Shown here: positions 23,690 through 33,915 of the stretch, in pieces
Numbering within the stretch: the stretch's first letter is position 1
Layout of the letters: every line of letters starts with the position of its first letter
DNA from: a virus
Taxonomy: Duplodnaviria; Caudoviricetes
Length of the DNA stretch: 43,340 nucleotides
Virus record (IMG/VR): IMGVR_UViG_3300029145_000007
Coordinates: 1-43,340 of that record
Strand: one strand, 5' to 3'
Made by a program: the position numbers and the translations under genes
Notes under the pieces: generated by a model
Seen by the model: the letters and a program-made list of their open reading frames with translations, nothing else
Told to the model about the DNA's origin: nothing
Database searches by the model: none

Positions 23690-26600
23690 TTAAACACCAA
23701 TTCCAAAAATAATGATTTCCTTTTCGTTCTGGACATCCTGAACGATTGAAAGAGGGAACTCCGTAGAGGACCCAAACGAGAGATTCGAGGACAAGTCCAA
23801 AAAGTCTCTAGTTATATTCGCGTTATCGTCGCCATGATTAACGCTCGAGTTAAGATCGAGCGAGTCAAAGGTCATTGGCGAATCGAAAACAACTGCCCCG
23901 GAAACCGTCATTTTCAAATTGCGAATCTTTGCATTCATATAGTAACCGCCATTTCTCGAGAAAATCGCGATATCTCCCGAGTTAGTTCCGGGCGCCGATA
24001 AAGTGGCTGTCGTCTCCGTCCCATCTATGAAAAACGAAATATCGTTCCCGTCTCTCTTGACTTTTAAATGATGTTCCGAACCCTCGACAAGGCTCGACGA
24101 CGGCGACGAATGTTGATTAACTCCCTCGTTTGTCGACCCAAATCTCATCCGAAAACGGTCCTGCGATGTATCCGCCAACAACCCCCAAAGCGTCGCCGAT
24201 CCCCATAGATAGTTTGCCGACGCGCCCGATGGGATAATAACTCTAGCCTCCCACTCCCAATCCGTCCCGTTTAAAAGATTGATTCCGTAATCGATCTCCG
24301 CGTCCGTACCATTCCCGACGACTCGTTGACCGGCGTATTTCGCGATTTGGCAATTTGAAACCGGAGATCGATTGATCGTTTCTCCGCCTGGCAAAAAGAG
24401 AGGATTTCCTCCTTTTACAGTTATTTGACCCCCAAAAGCATCCGCCGAGCCATCATTTAACGCCGGAATGATATCTCCGTTTGAGGGAGTTCCGTTCCAA
24501 GTTGCCGAGACTCCGGAGTCCGTTTTGACCTCGTCTCCCGTTTCGCAAAGTCGGAGCCTCTCGGTCGACGGCGTGGAATCGAAAGCCGCATGGTCGGCGA
24601 GGGTCGAATCCCAAGCCTCGAGATCCCAAAACTCTCCCTTTGCGAGACGGATTGATCCCCAATCCGCCCCCGTTGCCGGCGCCATGATATAGGATCCGTT
24701 TGTCAAGTTTGCTTGAGCCGCGTTCGTTGCTGTTTGCTCAACTCCATTTGTAAAGAGTCGCAAAGTCTTTGAATCAAAGTCCCAAATTATCGCGACCTCA
24801 AAATCCTTGTCATACGCAAAATTAGTTGATGCTTTTCCGACCGCTGAGGGACCGTAATCGCATTGCAAGCGTATTTGACCCGACTCAATATTGACCGAAA
24901 AACGAACGTCTCCTCCCGAGTGAGTATGAGAAAACAAACACGCGTTATTGGGCGCCGGCGTTCGAACGTTGCATCTAAAACGCATCGAAAAGTTTTTCTC
25001 GGGGTCTATGATTGCTGTAATAACGCTTGGAGTTGCGAGCGTGTCGTCCGTTCCGTCTGCCTCTTTGCCCTTTCGAGTAAACCCTTTAACGGCGTTATAA
25101 AAGAATTGATTTTGCGTCGACTCGGTCGGTCCATTCTGCCAAGTCAAATGCTTTCCGCTTCCCGAGACGTCATATCCCGACGCGTCCGGCCAATATCGAA
25201 CAATGTTCGCCGTCTCGAGTTGAGAGGTTGAGATCTCGGAATCGTAAATCCGGACGTTCCAAATCTTCCCGTCGACATATCGATCGTAAGAAGTATTCCC
25301 CGAGATATGAGCGCCAACCTCGACCGGCGTCGTTGTCGCGTGCATGGCGACATAGGTCCCGGTTTCGGACTTGGTCGCGGCCGGCGTCGTCCAACCGTCT
25401 CCGTCGTCAACGTAAAGACTCAATCCGCTTTCCGCTCCGCCTCCGTCGTAAGTCGCCAAAACCTTGTAATTCTTTGAGGTCGAGAGAGGAGAATCGGTTT
25501 CGATTTTGATCGAGTTTGAATTCGTATCGTCGTAAAGAATAAAAACCAAGTCTCCGGAGTCATTGAGAAGGAGAGACCATTCGCAATTTCCGGAATCGAC
25601 GTCCGTTATCTTTGAAACAAGACCGCCTTTTCCCGCGGCGAATGCGTCGACGTTGAACTCGCAATAAACCGCGAAAGGATCGTCCGAGCTTCCGTCTCCA
25701 AATTGGACGTTTGCGCTCGAGTCCGAGGTCCCATACTGATTGACTCCGTCTCCCTCGATACAAGACGCGCCCTCAAGTTTCCAATTCCAAGGAGCTATCC
25801 CGTTGAATGTCAACGAATTTCCTTGAGAGTCTCCTCCGTCGATCCTTGCCGATACCCGGACTTGCTCGTCGATAATCTCGACATTGTCGACCGTAAAGAC
25901 AATATCGGACGCATAGCAAAAGATCTCAATATCGCTCGTCGCGCCATTAACCTCGACCTCGACGTCAATCGACCCCGTCCCGGTTAACCCTGTTTTTGCT
26001 CTCGTTCCGTAACGGTTTCGGACCTCAAATTCGCCCGACTCGAGTCCTCCGGAAACGATCTCAATATCGGCTTTTACTCTGATCTTGTTTGACGGCTTCG
26101 TAATCGCTTGATAAAGACCGACATTCGCCGCGGTTGAATCATACGATATTTTCGCCTTTCCGTTTTCATGAGAGAGAGTTCCGGCGACTCCCGTCCAACT
26201 TGAAACGTCCGAATCGAATGATCCATTTGTCTCGAGCCTTTTGTAAGAAAATCCGGCTCGATTGTAGTCGTATTGACTGATTCGGATATCCGCGGATTCA
26301 TAAAGCGTCGGCGAGTTGCCTCCGGTCACGTTTGGCGAGTTTGCCGTCAATCCCCAAGCTTGATCCGTATCGTATCTCCAACCGAGATCGTCCTCGGTCA
26401 ACTTGTGAATATTGCGATAAACGTCTCGGATCTCTGCCTTTGAAAGAGACGATCCGAAATAAAGCGATTCGATAACCTCTCCGTCGAGATAGTCCGAGGA
26501 GCTTCCGTCGGTCTTTCCAACTGAGATCGTATTTGAGTTTGACGGCTCGTAATCCTGCCCCGTTGCCGAATGAGTCACTCGTCCATTGACAATAACGTCG

Positions 26601-27136
26601 ATATCCCACGTTGACCCGTTTTTTGTGAAACGGCAACCGATTTGAGTTGATTTGGTCGTCGATATATCAGAAAGAGAACCCGCAAGAGTATTGACCGCCC
26701 CTCCGGTATTGTACCATTGAACCCGATAAGAGGTCCCATTGCGCATAATTCGCCAACCGTTTTGGGACCCGATGCTCATCGAGTTGATATATTTATCCGA
26801 TCCCGTCGTCGCCGAGTTTGTCCGAACCAAATCAAGGAAAACCGTAAAGTTTTCGTCTCCCTTGTGAACTCCTCCCGTTGGAGTGTGGATAAACGATTGA
26901 TTTACTCCGTCAAGAGACGCGCCTCTCCCTCCGACTATTTCTCGAGCGTCGCCGAGTCCCTCCAATTCGTCGTAAATCGTACCGTCGAGGGACGGAACTT
27001 TCTTGACGAAATAAGCCCCTATCGCCTTTTGTAGCTTATGGGCGTTGAGGATAGTTTTCGCATTCGCAACCGCCTTTTTTAAAGGCGACATCGAACCGAC
27101 ACAAGTCAAACGTTTATTTCGAAAGAATAGGCTCAT
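23690..27136 (-). CDS. Large LamG/concanavalin-A-like repeat tail/adhesin protein
   Basis: Repeated units such as LDGVNQ...YLDGEV and GDGVNQY...VLATYDGG...LYVD...YVDGKIWNVRIY. Confidence 0.75.
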   Translation of the reverse strand: MSLFFRNKRLTCVGSMSPLKKAVANAKTILNAHKLQKAIGAYFVKKVPSLDGTIYDELEGLGDAREIVGGRGASLDGVNQSFIHTPTGGVHKGDENFTVFLDLVRTNSATTGSDKYINSMSIGSQNGWRIMRNGTSYRVQWYNTGGAVNTLAGSLSDISTTKSTQIGCRFTKNGSTWDIDVIVNGRVTHSATGQDYEPSNSNTISVGKTDGSSSDYLDGEVIESLYFGSSLSKAEIRDVYRNIHKLTEDDLGWRYDTDQAWGLTANSPNVTGGNSPTLYESADIRISQYDYNRAGFSYKRLETNGSFDSDVSSWTGVAGTLSHENGKAKISYDSTAANVGLYQAITKPSNKIRVKADIEIVSGGLESGEFEVRNRYGTRAKTGLTGTGSIDVEVEVNGATSDIEIFCYASDIVFTVDNVEIIDEQVRVSARIDGGDSQGNSLTFNGIAPWNWKLEGASCIEGDGVNQYGTSDSSANVQFGDGSSDDPFAVYCEFNVDAFAAGKGGLVSKITDVDSGNCEWSLLLNDSGDLVFILYDDTNSNSIKIETDSPLSTSKNYKVLATYDGGGAESGLSLYVDDGDGWTTPAATKSETGTYVAMHATTTPVEVGAHISGNTSYDRYVDGKIWNVRIYDSEISTSQLETANIVRYWPDASGYDVSGSGKHLTWQNGPTESTQNQFFYNAVKGFTRKGKEADGTDDTLATPSVITAIIDPEKNFSMRFRCNVRTPAPNNACLFSHTHSGGDVRFSVNIESGQIRLQCDYGPSAVGKASTNFAYDKDFEVAIIWDFDSKTLRLFTNGVEQTATNAAQANLTNGSYIMAPATGADWGSIRLAKGEFWDLEAWDSTLADHAAFDSTPSTERLRLCETGDEVKTDSGVSATWNGTPSNGDIIPALNDGSADAFGGQITVKGGNPLFLPGGETINRSPVSNCQIAKYAGQRVVGNGTDAEIDYGINLLNGTDWEWEARVIIPSGASANYLWGSATLWGLLADTSQDRFRMRFGSTNEGVNQHSSPSSSLVEGSEHHLKVKRDGNDISFFIDGTETTATLSAPGTNSGDIAIFSRNGGYYMNAKIRNLKMTVSGAVVFDSPMTFDSLDLNSSVNHGDDNANITRDFLDLSSNLSFGSSTEFPLSIVQDVQNEKEIIIFGIGV

Positions 27137-27194
27137 AACGGCAATTTTGAGCCATTTTCGCCACGCGTCAACGTTCGTCGCCTCATATGTGACT

Positions 27195-29009
27195 TTACGG
27201 AGGAGGGTTTCCGATTCCGAGGGACGCTTTCACGGTAAATTCGAATAAATCTTGAATGAAATTCCCGCCTTGATCGTGGTCAATCGTGACCGTTGTCTCC
27301 GCTCCAATCCCGCCGGCCGCGGTCGGACCGGTAAACCCGAAATTCTTCGCTTGGAACGGGAGAAAAGTCTCGGTCGTCTTGTCGACAGCTGTCAAAAGCC
27401 CTCCGGAGGCGCCGTCCGTCATTGTGACGTCGGTCACTTCGACCGTTACCGATCCGAGGTTATCAAAGTGCATCGTCATAGTATCGCCGACTTGAGCCGA
27501 TCCAATGTCCCACGTCTCCCCGTGAGGAATTGTCACGTCGTTGTAATCGTCGAGCGCGTCCAAATGTTGATCTCCTAGCGCACTATGCCAAGTAACATGC
27601 CTCAAACGGAATCCGGCGTTTTCGGTTTGCGTTCCGTCGATCGACATCGCGGAAACCGACGGGAGATATTGGACTCGAGTATTATCGTCCGGCAATCCGT
27701 CGTTGATATGATCCTCCCAAGACGACGCGCACGCATTCGAGAGGATTGTCGCGCCCGGGTACGAATCGACGAAAGGGTTTCCCGCGGTAAAGACTCGCCC
27801 GGGAAATCCGACGGCTTGTCTCGCCAAGCTTTGAATACTGATCGAGCCGGCGCCTTGCTCGCATCGATAGACCTTTTGAGAGAATCCGGTCTTGGTTTTG
27901 TCAAAGGTAAGCGTCGGGATTTTCGCTTGAATCGAATAGTCGACGTCGAATCCACCGTGAGCCGTTTCGACCGTTACTCCCGTTTGAATTACTTTGATTT
28001 GGAGATTGAATCCGCCTGGCACAACGTCGGAGATCTTTTTCCCCGTGTCGTAAATCGCTCCTCCATTCGGCCAATTTCCGATAATCACGAAAAGCTTTCG
28101 ATCCTCCTCGGTCGTTTTGACGAGAGTCGATTTCGTGTGAGTCGTTCCGTCCTCGTCGTCGAAAGTCCCTTGAGTAGCGTCGGCGATTCCCGACCAATAA
28201 CCGACCTTGACCGTTGAATCTCGAAACGGCTTGAGATACCCCCTCGCCAAAACGTTAAACGCCGCGCCTCCGGACTCATTGGATTGCGTTCTCTGAGGAG
28301 CAACGTCTCGACCCAAGAGCCCCGCGTCGGGATTCATGACGTTATCGGGGCCCCCGTATCGGTAGAAATTGCAAGTTACCGAAAGAGTTTTCTCGAAAGT
28401 CTCGTCCGCGATCGCATCCTTATTGAGCTTGTAAAATCCGTAAAGGTCGACGTCGGATCTCATCAACGCCGCGCCTTGAGCCGTCCCTCCTCGGTTTGAA
28501 TCGCCTATAAAATTATTGTTATTGTTCCCCGCGTTGAGAATTCCGTTTTGGCAACCCTCTTGGAACATCGTTCCCCAAATCGCTCCCCCGGTATACATAT
28601 ACCAAATAATGTCATCGGGAACGTTCGCCGGAATATTGTCGTAAACGGGAGGACAATAAGGATCGCCGATCTCGGTAAAAATCGCGTCCGCTGTTTTCGT
28701 GTAGGAAACTCCCGACCCCCAATCCAAGAGCGTATGAGAGATTCCCTTTGGATATGCGACGTATAGATTCGAGTTGAATCCCGTCGACCCTTCATTGTTA
28801 CCGAGGAGCGCCGGTCGATTGTTTGAGCATTTCGTCGTTTTGTCGCTTGTCGTCGGAGGGAAATGGTCGTCCAATCCTCGAGCGACTCGATCGTCGGATT
28901 TCTCAACCGGTCCGGCAAACGTTGCCGTCCAAGATTGGGACGAGAAGCAAACCGCGCATTCTCTTGAATCGCCCTCGTCGTCTTTCTCTGTGCATTCGCA
29001 TCGACACAT
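27195..29009 (-). CDS. Tail tip / fibre-like structural protein
   Basis: 604 aa, G/T/D-rich, Cys-rich N-terminus, downstream of the TMP module. Confidence 0.55.
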   Translation of the reverse strand: MCRCECTEKDDEGDSRECAVCFSSQSWTATFAGPVEKSDDRVARGLDDHFPPTTSDKTTKCSNNRPALLGNNEGSTGFNSNLYVAYPKGISHTLLDWGSGVSYTKTADAIFTEIGDPYCPPVYDNIPANVPDDIIWYMYTGGAIWGTMFQEGCQNGILNAGNNNNNFIGDSNRGGTAQGAALMRSDVDLYGFYKLNKDAIADETFEKTLSVTCNFYRYGGPDNVMNPDAGLLGRDVAPQRTQSNESGGAAFNVLARGYLKPFRDSTVKVGYWSGIADATQGTFDDEDGTTHTKSTLVKTTEEDRKLFVIIGNWPNGGAIYDTGKKISDVVPGGFNLQIKVIQTGVTVETAHGGFDVDYSIQAKIPTLTFDKTKTGFSQKVYRCEQGAGSISIQSLARQAVGFPGRVFTAGNPFVDSYPGATILSNACASSWEDHINDGLPDDNTRVQYLPSVSAMSIDGTQTENAGFRLRHVTWHSALGDQHLDALDDYNDVTIPHGETWDIGSAQVGDTMTMHFDNLGSVTVEVTDVTMTDGASGGLLTAVDKTTETFLPFQAKNFGFTGPTAAGGIGAETTVTIDHDQGGNFIQDLFEFTVKASLGIGNPPP

Positions 29010-29012
29010 TTT

Positions 29013-29774
29013 TTAAGCCGGACATTCCGCCGCGATTAAGTCGTAATTGTTTGACGTGTCCCCGTGGACCCAAACGTAACATTTGGCGTTGATATCGCCA
29101 TCAAAACCCAAATGATTGTTGACCGTTAAAGTATCGGTCGCATCGATTCCGGCCACGTTTGAGAATGTGACCGTAACGTCAAAAGTCGTATTCGTTTCGT
29201 CGAAATCAATATCCGCCGTTGCTCGGACCATTCCGGAGACCGGTCGCTCGTCGCTTATGAATTTGACGAGAGCCCATTTGTCCCCCGTTCCCGACTCAAC
29301 GCTTATGATCTTGACTTGACCACTCGTCGCCGATTTGAGCTTTGTTTTGTCTGTCGTGCAAACGGCGTACTTGTGAGACGCGTCGATCATATTGATTTTT
29401 ACGGGAGACAGTCCCGAGACAACCGCCGGCGCGAAAGCATCTTGAGCGAGGGCAGATTGCAGAATCGCGAAATCGTCGCCAGCAACCGGCGCGACTCCCT
29501 CGAATACCTGGCGAGTGTGGAAAGTAGCGTCGTCGAGAGGGACGACCGGACTCCCAATCTTGACAATCCCGAATAGCTCCGCGTTTTCGCTGAGTTTGTT
29601 TTGGATCGTTATCTCGTTTGAGTTTCTCGAGGGAGTTTCGCCCTCGGATTCGTTCGGCTCAAACAATCGATTTTGGAGCTTTGCCGCGACTCCGGCGTCA
29701 AATACCGAATTGAGGAATTCCCGATCCTTTGGGACTCCGTCTCCGTTAATAAATTTCTTAGTTCCGCCGAACAT
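29013..29774 (-). CDS. Tail-associated protein
   Basis: Position; IQNKLSENAELFGIV, FAILQ...PAVVSG motifs. Confidence 0.55.
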   Translation of the reverse strand: MFGGTKKFINGDGVPKDREFLNSVFDAGVAAKLQNRLFEPNESEGETPSRNSNEITIQNKLSENAELFGIVKIGSPVVPLDDATFHTRQVFEGVAPVAGDDFAILQSALAQDAFAPAVVSGLSPVKINMIDASHKYAVCTTDKTKLKSATSGQVKIISVESGTGDKWALVKFISDERPVSGMVRATADIDFDETNTTFDVTVTFSNVAGIDATDTLTVNNHLGFDGDINAKCYVWVHGDTSNNYDLIAAECPA

Positions 29775-29776
29775 AC

Positions 29777-30646
29777 CTAAACCGCAAACAATGAAAAATC
29801 AGCCGGTTGAATCTCCTCGAATTGATGCTCGACAAAACCGATTAGTTTTTGAGTCATATAAACCCGAGTCCCGCCCGTTGTCTTTTCCTCCTCGTATTGC
29901 TCCTCGTATCCTCGAAACGGGAAAATATCCATATTGCCAGTTTCGCCAATGTTCAAAGTCGCAAGGTCGAGGGTATATTTCCGCCCTCGTTGGAACGTAA
30001 AAGTCGTATGGATTGGGCCCCCTTTTGATCGCTGTCTCAATTGCATTCGAACGAATCGACAAGTCTCCGCGACGCGACCCTTAAACGTTGCGTTATTGAC
30101 TTGTCCGAGGAGGTCCTCCCGAGCAACGATCCAAGCGTCGTCCACTGTCGACGCCTCCTCGAGCTTCGTATAGGTAAGATTGCTCATTGGAACATCGACA
30201 AACGTCCCTTTTGCCAACCCCTTTGGATTCCACCCGATAGCCGTCCCCGACGCCGGCGCGTTAGTCCCCTTGTGAGTCGAGGTCTTGGCGCGTCTCGTGA
30301 ACTTTTGCGTCATTGTGAAATCGATCGAGCTTTCGATATCGAGAACGTCCTCAATGACCGGATTGTTTTGGGTGTTTTGAGGGCTTTCGATATGCGTATA
30401 GTCGACGACTCCGTCAAAAATATGGTTTCCTCGTCCTCGAGCCTTGACGTCGTAATTTCGCTCCGTCAATGAGTGACCATCGACAACGACGCTCGCCGGA
30501 ACTTTTGAAACTGGCGCCGCTATCAATGCCGCGATTGCCGCGGAGGTCGACGCGTACCCATGCAAAGTAAAATTGAGCTTATACGTCGATTGCTTTCCGG
30601 CTCGTCGGACGTGTCCGCTATGCGGATGCTCGATGATTTCCGACAT
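29777..30646 (-). CDS. Distal tail / minor tail protein
   Basis: Directly after the TMP; GQVNNATFKG...CRF. Confidence 0.55.
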   Translation of the reverse strand: MSEIIEHPHSGHVRRAGKQSTYKLNFTLHGYASTSAAIAALIAAPVSKVPASVVVDGHSLTERNYDVKARGRGNHIFDGVVDYTHIESPQNTQNNPVIEDVLDIESSIDFTMTQKFTRRAKTSTHKGTNAPASGTAIGWNPKGLAKGTFVDVPMSNLTYTKLEEASTVDDAWIVAREDLLGQVNNATFKGRVAETCRFVRMQLRQRSKGGPIHTTFTFQRGRKYTLDLATLNIGETGNMDIFPFRGYEEQYEEEKTTGGTRVYMTQKLIGFVEHQFEEIQPADFSLFAV

Positions 30647-32200
30647 TTATTGAACTCCTCCCGCTCCGACTTTGGCGTCAATGCTCTGTAAAGTCGTAAG
30701 AATGTCCTCTTGAATGTGAATCTCTCGGACCGCTCCGCCATGTTGACCCGCGGCAAGTCCAAGAGAACCGAACGAGACCGCGCTCATTGTCTGCGCGACC
30801 AATTGAGGGAGAAACTCTTTCGCTTGAGCGATCTTTTCCGCCTCTTGCTTGGCGAGTTGCCTCGCCTTTCTGTTTTCTTTCGACTTCTCGATATGCGCTT
30901 GACGCATTTCCGCAATATCGATCATGACCGTATTTTTCAATTCTTTGACAAACTCGAAACTCCCGAGAATGTTCTTTTTGACCTCCTCGCCCGCGCTCTC
31001 GAGCGCTTTCGCAACTTGCTTTTGCCCCTCCTTGATCGGGTCCTTTCCGTCGAGCCTCATCAAAACGGCTTTATTCTTTCGGACATCGATTCCGGCATCA
31101 ATTCGACGTTGAGCCTCTTTCCGAATCCGCTCGTTTGTCCGGTTCGTCGCGTCGACGTCCATCGCTCGACCCGTACCTCCGGCGCCGATAACGCTCTTTT
31201 TATCGACTCCGAACATTCCGCCAGGACCGGAGAGATCCTCGTAAGTATTCCCGATAGCCTTATTAAGCTTTTGGACGGCAATCAACGCCGCGGCCGCGCC
31301 TGCGATAACGGCGACGTATGGATTTGAGAGCATGGCGATAGCCCCAAACCCAAGAGAAACGGTCTTGAGAGCCGCGCCAAGAGCGAGCAATCCCGCGGCA
31401 ACTTTGGCGAGCGTGACGATCCACTCCTTATTTTTCTTGACCCATTGAGACGCGGAAACGATCGAATCTCTCATCCACGAGGAGAACTCTTGAAGATCTC
31501 CGGAGATAGCCGATCCAACCTCCGCAAACAATTTCATCATTGTGAGACGAACCCGATTAAATTCGTCGGTCACGTCCGCCGCGTTTTTGATCGTGTCGCC
31601 GTCGAGCTTGACTCCGAGTCGATCAAACTCTTTTTGTAAGTCGTCGATCGTTCCAATCAACGGGAGGACATCGTTTCCACTCCGTCCGAAAATCTTCATT
31701 GCGATTCCGGCCCGTTTGCCCTCGTCTTTGATTCCTCCAAGTCGGGAAATAATCAGCTTGAGACGTTGCTCCGTATCGAGATTCTCGAAATCTTTCGCCG
31801 TCAAGTTGAGATCTCGGAAATTGTCCTTTGCTGTCGAGAGTCCGCGATCGAGGTCGACGAGTTGTCGATTCATTCCTCGAGTTGCCTTTTCCATCGAGTC
31901 CGCCGACCCTCCGGATTGTTCGAAAGCAAACGATAAACTTTGGACGGCGTCCGTCGTCAAGTTTGTTCGCTTGGACATCTTGTCGATTTGGTCGCCATAT
32001 TTCGCGAATGAACGCGTCGCGAGAGCAATGGGGGCGGCGAGAGCTCCGGCAAACTTGAGCGTCGTATCGGCTATCCTGCCAATGTTTCTCGACAATTGGA
32101 GAGCCTTGCGTCGAATGGCTTTAAAGGCCTTGTCGGTTTCGTCCGAGACTCCAAGCCGGATAAATGCGCGACCCGCCTCAACTCCCTTAGATCCAACCAT
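30647..32200 (-). CDS. Tape measure protein (short, 517 aa)
   Basis: AGRAFIRLG N-terminus, IDKMSKRT, AMKIFGRSG..LPL, Ala-rich hydrophobic segment. Confidence 0.88.
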   Translation of the reverse strand: MVGSKGVEAGRAFIRLGVSDETDKAFKAIRRKALQLSRNIGRIADTTLKFAGALAAPIALATRSFAKYGDQIDKMSKRTNLTTDAVQSLSFAFEQSGGSADSMEKATRGMNRQLVDLDRGLSTAKDNFRDLNLTAKDFENLDTEQRLKLIISRLGGIKDEGKRAGIAMKIFGRSGNDVLPLIGTIDDLQKEFDRLGVKLDGDTIKNAADVTDEFNRVRLTMMKLFAEVGSAISGDLQEFSSWMRDSIVSASQWVKKNKEWIVTLAKVAAGLLALGAALKTVSLGFGAIAMLSNPYVAVIAGAAAALIAVQKLNKAIGNTYEDLSGPGGMFGVDKKSVIGAGGTGRAMDVDATNRTNERIRKEAQRRIDAGIDVRKNKAVLMRLDGKDPIKEGQKQVAKALESAGEEVKKNILGSFEFVKELKNTVMIDIAEMRQAHIEKSKENRKARQLAKQEAEKIAQAKEFLPQLVAQTMSAVSFGSLGLAAGQHGGAVREIHIQEDILTTLQSIDAKVGAGGVQ

Positions 32201-32201
32201 T

Positions 32202-32666
32202 TTAGAAACCTTTTCCCATTACGTCCTGAAATTCTCTCGGGTATCGATTCAAAAAAGCCGCGAGGGACGGCTCGACGATCGGTCGACGTCGGACCTTTAC
32301 CATTTTGATCCGTCGATTTCCCTTTCCGTCTTTGACGACCATCTTAGTATAGAGACCCTTGTCCAAAATCTCGGGGACGGAATCGCCACCCCTGCCAATT
32401 GGTCCGACTTTTACGGTATATGAGACCGGATCGAAATGGTAAACGATCGATTTGATACCGAATTCGCCCGATGAGGTATGAGCGAAAGGAGGGTCGCCAG
32501 GCTCGGAGGTTTTCGTTTTCCTCCGCCTAATCAGGCGATTCATTATCCCCTTTTGCTTTCGTCCGGAGTTCTCGAGCGCCCGTTTCTTTCCTCCGTCAAC
32601 GTATTTCGCGACTTTCTCCGTATGAAATACCCAACTTACATCGGCTTTCATCTTAACGGGCATCAA
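32202..32666 (-). CDS. Basic neck/tail-completion protein (HK97 gp10-like candidate)
   Basis: RRRK..SEPGDPP..HT, VKVGP and RRPIVEPSL motifs. Confidence 0.5.
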   Translation of the reverse strand: MMPVKMKADVSWVFHTEKVAKYVDGGKKRALENSGRKQKGIMNRLIRRRKTKTSEPGDPPFAHTSSGEFGIKSIVYHFDPVSYTVKVGPIGRGGDSVPEILDKGLYTKMVVKDGKGNRRIKMVKVRRRPIVEPSLAAFLNRYPREFQDVMGKGF

Positions 32667-33109
32667 TTCGCCTCCTGTTGAGCCATCATTTGAGCGTGAT
32701 ATTCGTCGTGCTCGTCCGGAGACAAATACTCCGACTCGTTTTTTTCGCCATCCCTCGGATTGAAAAAGTCCGTCGGTCTCTTGGGATCGTGGATCGCTCC
32801 GAATCCCGCGCGATTGTGAATTGTAGAAAGTATATGAGACAGATTGACAAGCTCAAACTTTCGACGCTCCAATTCCCGCTCGGAGTCATATTCGACTTTC
32901 GCTTTTACGAGGGAGACGATTCTCGCGAAACTGTAAGGCTCTATTGAATATCCGAGGATTGCGCTTGCTCTGTCGAGCCATTGCCAAAATCGGGGTCCGG
33001 TAAGTCCATCGTCTTGGCTACCTCCTCCAGCTGATCCGCCGCTTTCGTCGTTTTCTCGAATATCCGATCGATCAGAGTTAGAACCGATTTCCGCTGAATC
33101 GGATTGGAA
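32663..33109 (-). CDS. Tail assembly chaperone gpGT C-terminal part (-1 frame)
   Basis: The -1 frame is open from the slippery site to the stop at 32663. Confidence 0.7.
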   Translation of the reverse strand, partial: FQSDSAEIGSNSDRSDIRENDESGGSAGGGSQDDGLTGPRFWQWLDRASAILGYSIEPYSFARIVSLVKAKVEYDSERELERRKFELVNLSHILSTIHNRAGFGAIHDPKRPTDFFNPRDGEKNESEYLSPDEHDEYHAQMMAQQEAN

Positions 33110-33390
33110 AAATTTGCGATAGCCCGCAAGAAAGCCTCGCCCGCGGTCTCCAATACTGGCGCGGTGAGCCTTAACGCGAAATCATCCTCGGTCATATTCT
33201 CTTTTGTGATCTGATCCTCAAGGATCGTCCAAAGGAGCGAGGCGAATTCGTTTTGATCAACTAGGGCGGCGAGAATGGTCTCCTCTGTCAAGTCGGAAAT
33301 ATCGTAATCGAAAAGACGTTTAATCTTTCTCGTTATTCCAACGCTAAGAGTGAGATCCCAAGACTTGCCGGTTTCGTCTTGAAATTTCAT
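32941..33390 (-). CDS. Tail assembly chaperone gpG
   Basis: Between tail tube and TMP; contains A_AAT_TTT at 33115-33109. Confidence 0.75.
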   Translation of the reverse strand: MKFQDETGKSWDLTLSVGITRKIKRLFDYDISDLTEETILAALVDQNEFASLLWTILEDQITKENMTEDDFALRLTAPVLETAGEAFLRAIANFSNPIQRKSVLTLIDRIFEKTTKAADQLEEVAKTMDLPDPDFGNGSTEQAQSSDIQ

Positions 33391-33420
33391 CTATCTACCT
33401 AAAAAGAAACTTGCTTGAGA

Positions 33421-33903
33421 TTATGCGATCGTGATCGCTTTCCACTCCCGATAAGCGCTTGCAATGTATTTGTAAGCAGGAACGGCTACAAGTGGGACGT
33501 TTGTCTTACCCAAAATTGGCGCCTCCATATCGTTTGAGGGGAAAATCGCGGGCATTTCATACCCTTTCGATCCGGTCGCGTTCGTTCCATCCAAAACCAT
33601 CAAATGGAGGAATGATTCGTCTTGGGCGTCAATATGTGCCCTCAATTGGGTAAGGAAAGAACTGTCTCGAATGTAATCGATATTGAACTCGAGAGAGAAC
33701 TCTCCGAATCCGAGCTCGTATTCCTTGACCTTGGCGCCTCGTCTCAACTTTTCCAATTGCTCTCGAGGTAGTCGGACGCTGATATCTTGGCAATCAGGAA
33801 CCGGCGACCAAGTCGGCGTATCGTAACTCGTCAAAACGGTTTGAAAATCTGAATTCGTATTGTAGTAAAGAAACCAGTCTTTACCCTTAAATCCTTTGGA
33901 CAT
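33421..33903 (-). CDS. Major tail tube protein
   Basis: Position; TPTWSPV..CQDISV...SLEFNI. Confidence 0.65.
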   Translation of the reverse strand: MSKGFKGKDWFLYYNTNSDFQTVLTSYDTPTWSPVPDCQDISVRLPREQLEKLRRGAKVKEYELGFGEFSLEFNIDYIRDSSFLTQLRAHIDAQDESFLHLMVLDGTNATGSKGYEMPAIFPSNDMEAPILGKTNVPLVAVPAYKYIASAYREWKAITIA

Positions 33904-33915
33904 TTTTACGGCTCC

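Noticed and set aside
23690-29009. Diversity-generating retroelement acting on tail genes
   Set aside because: No reverse transcriptase and no TR/VR repeat pair were found.
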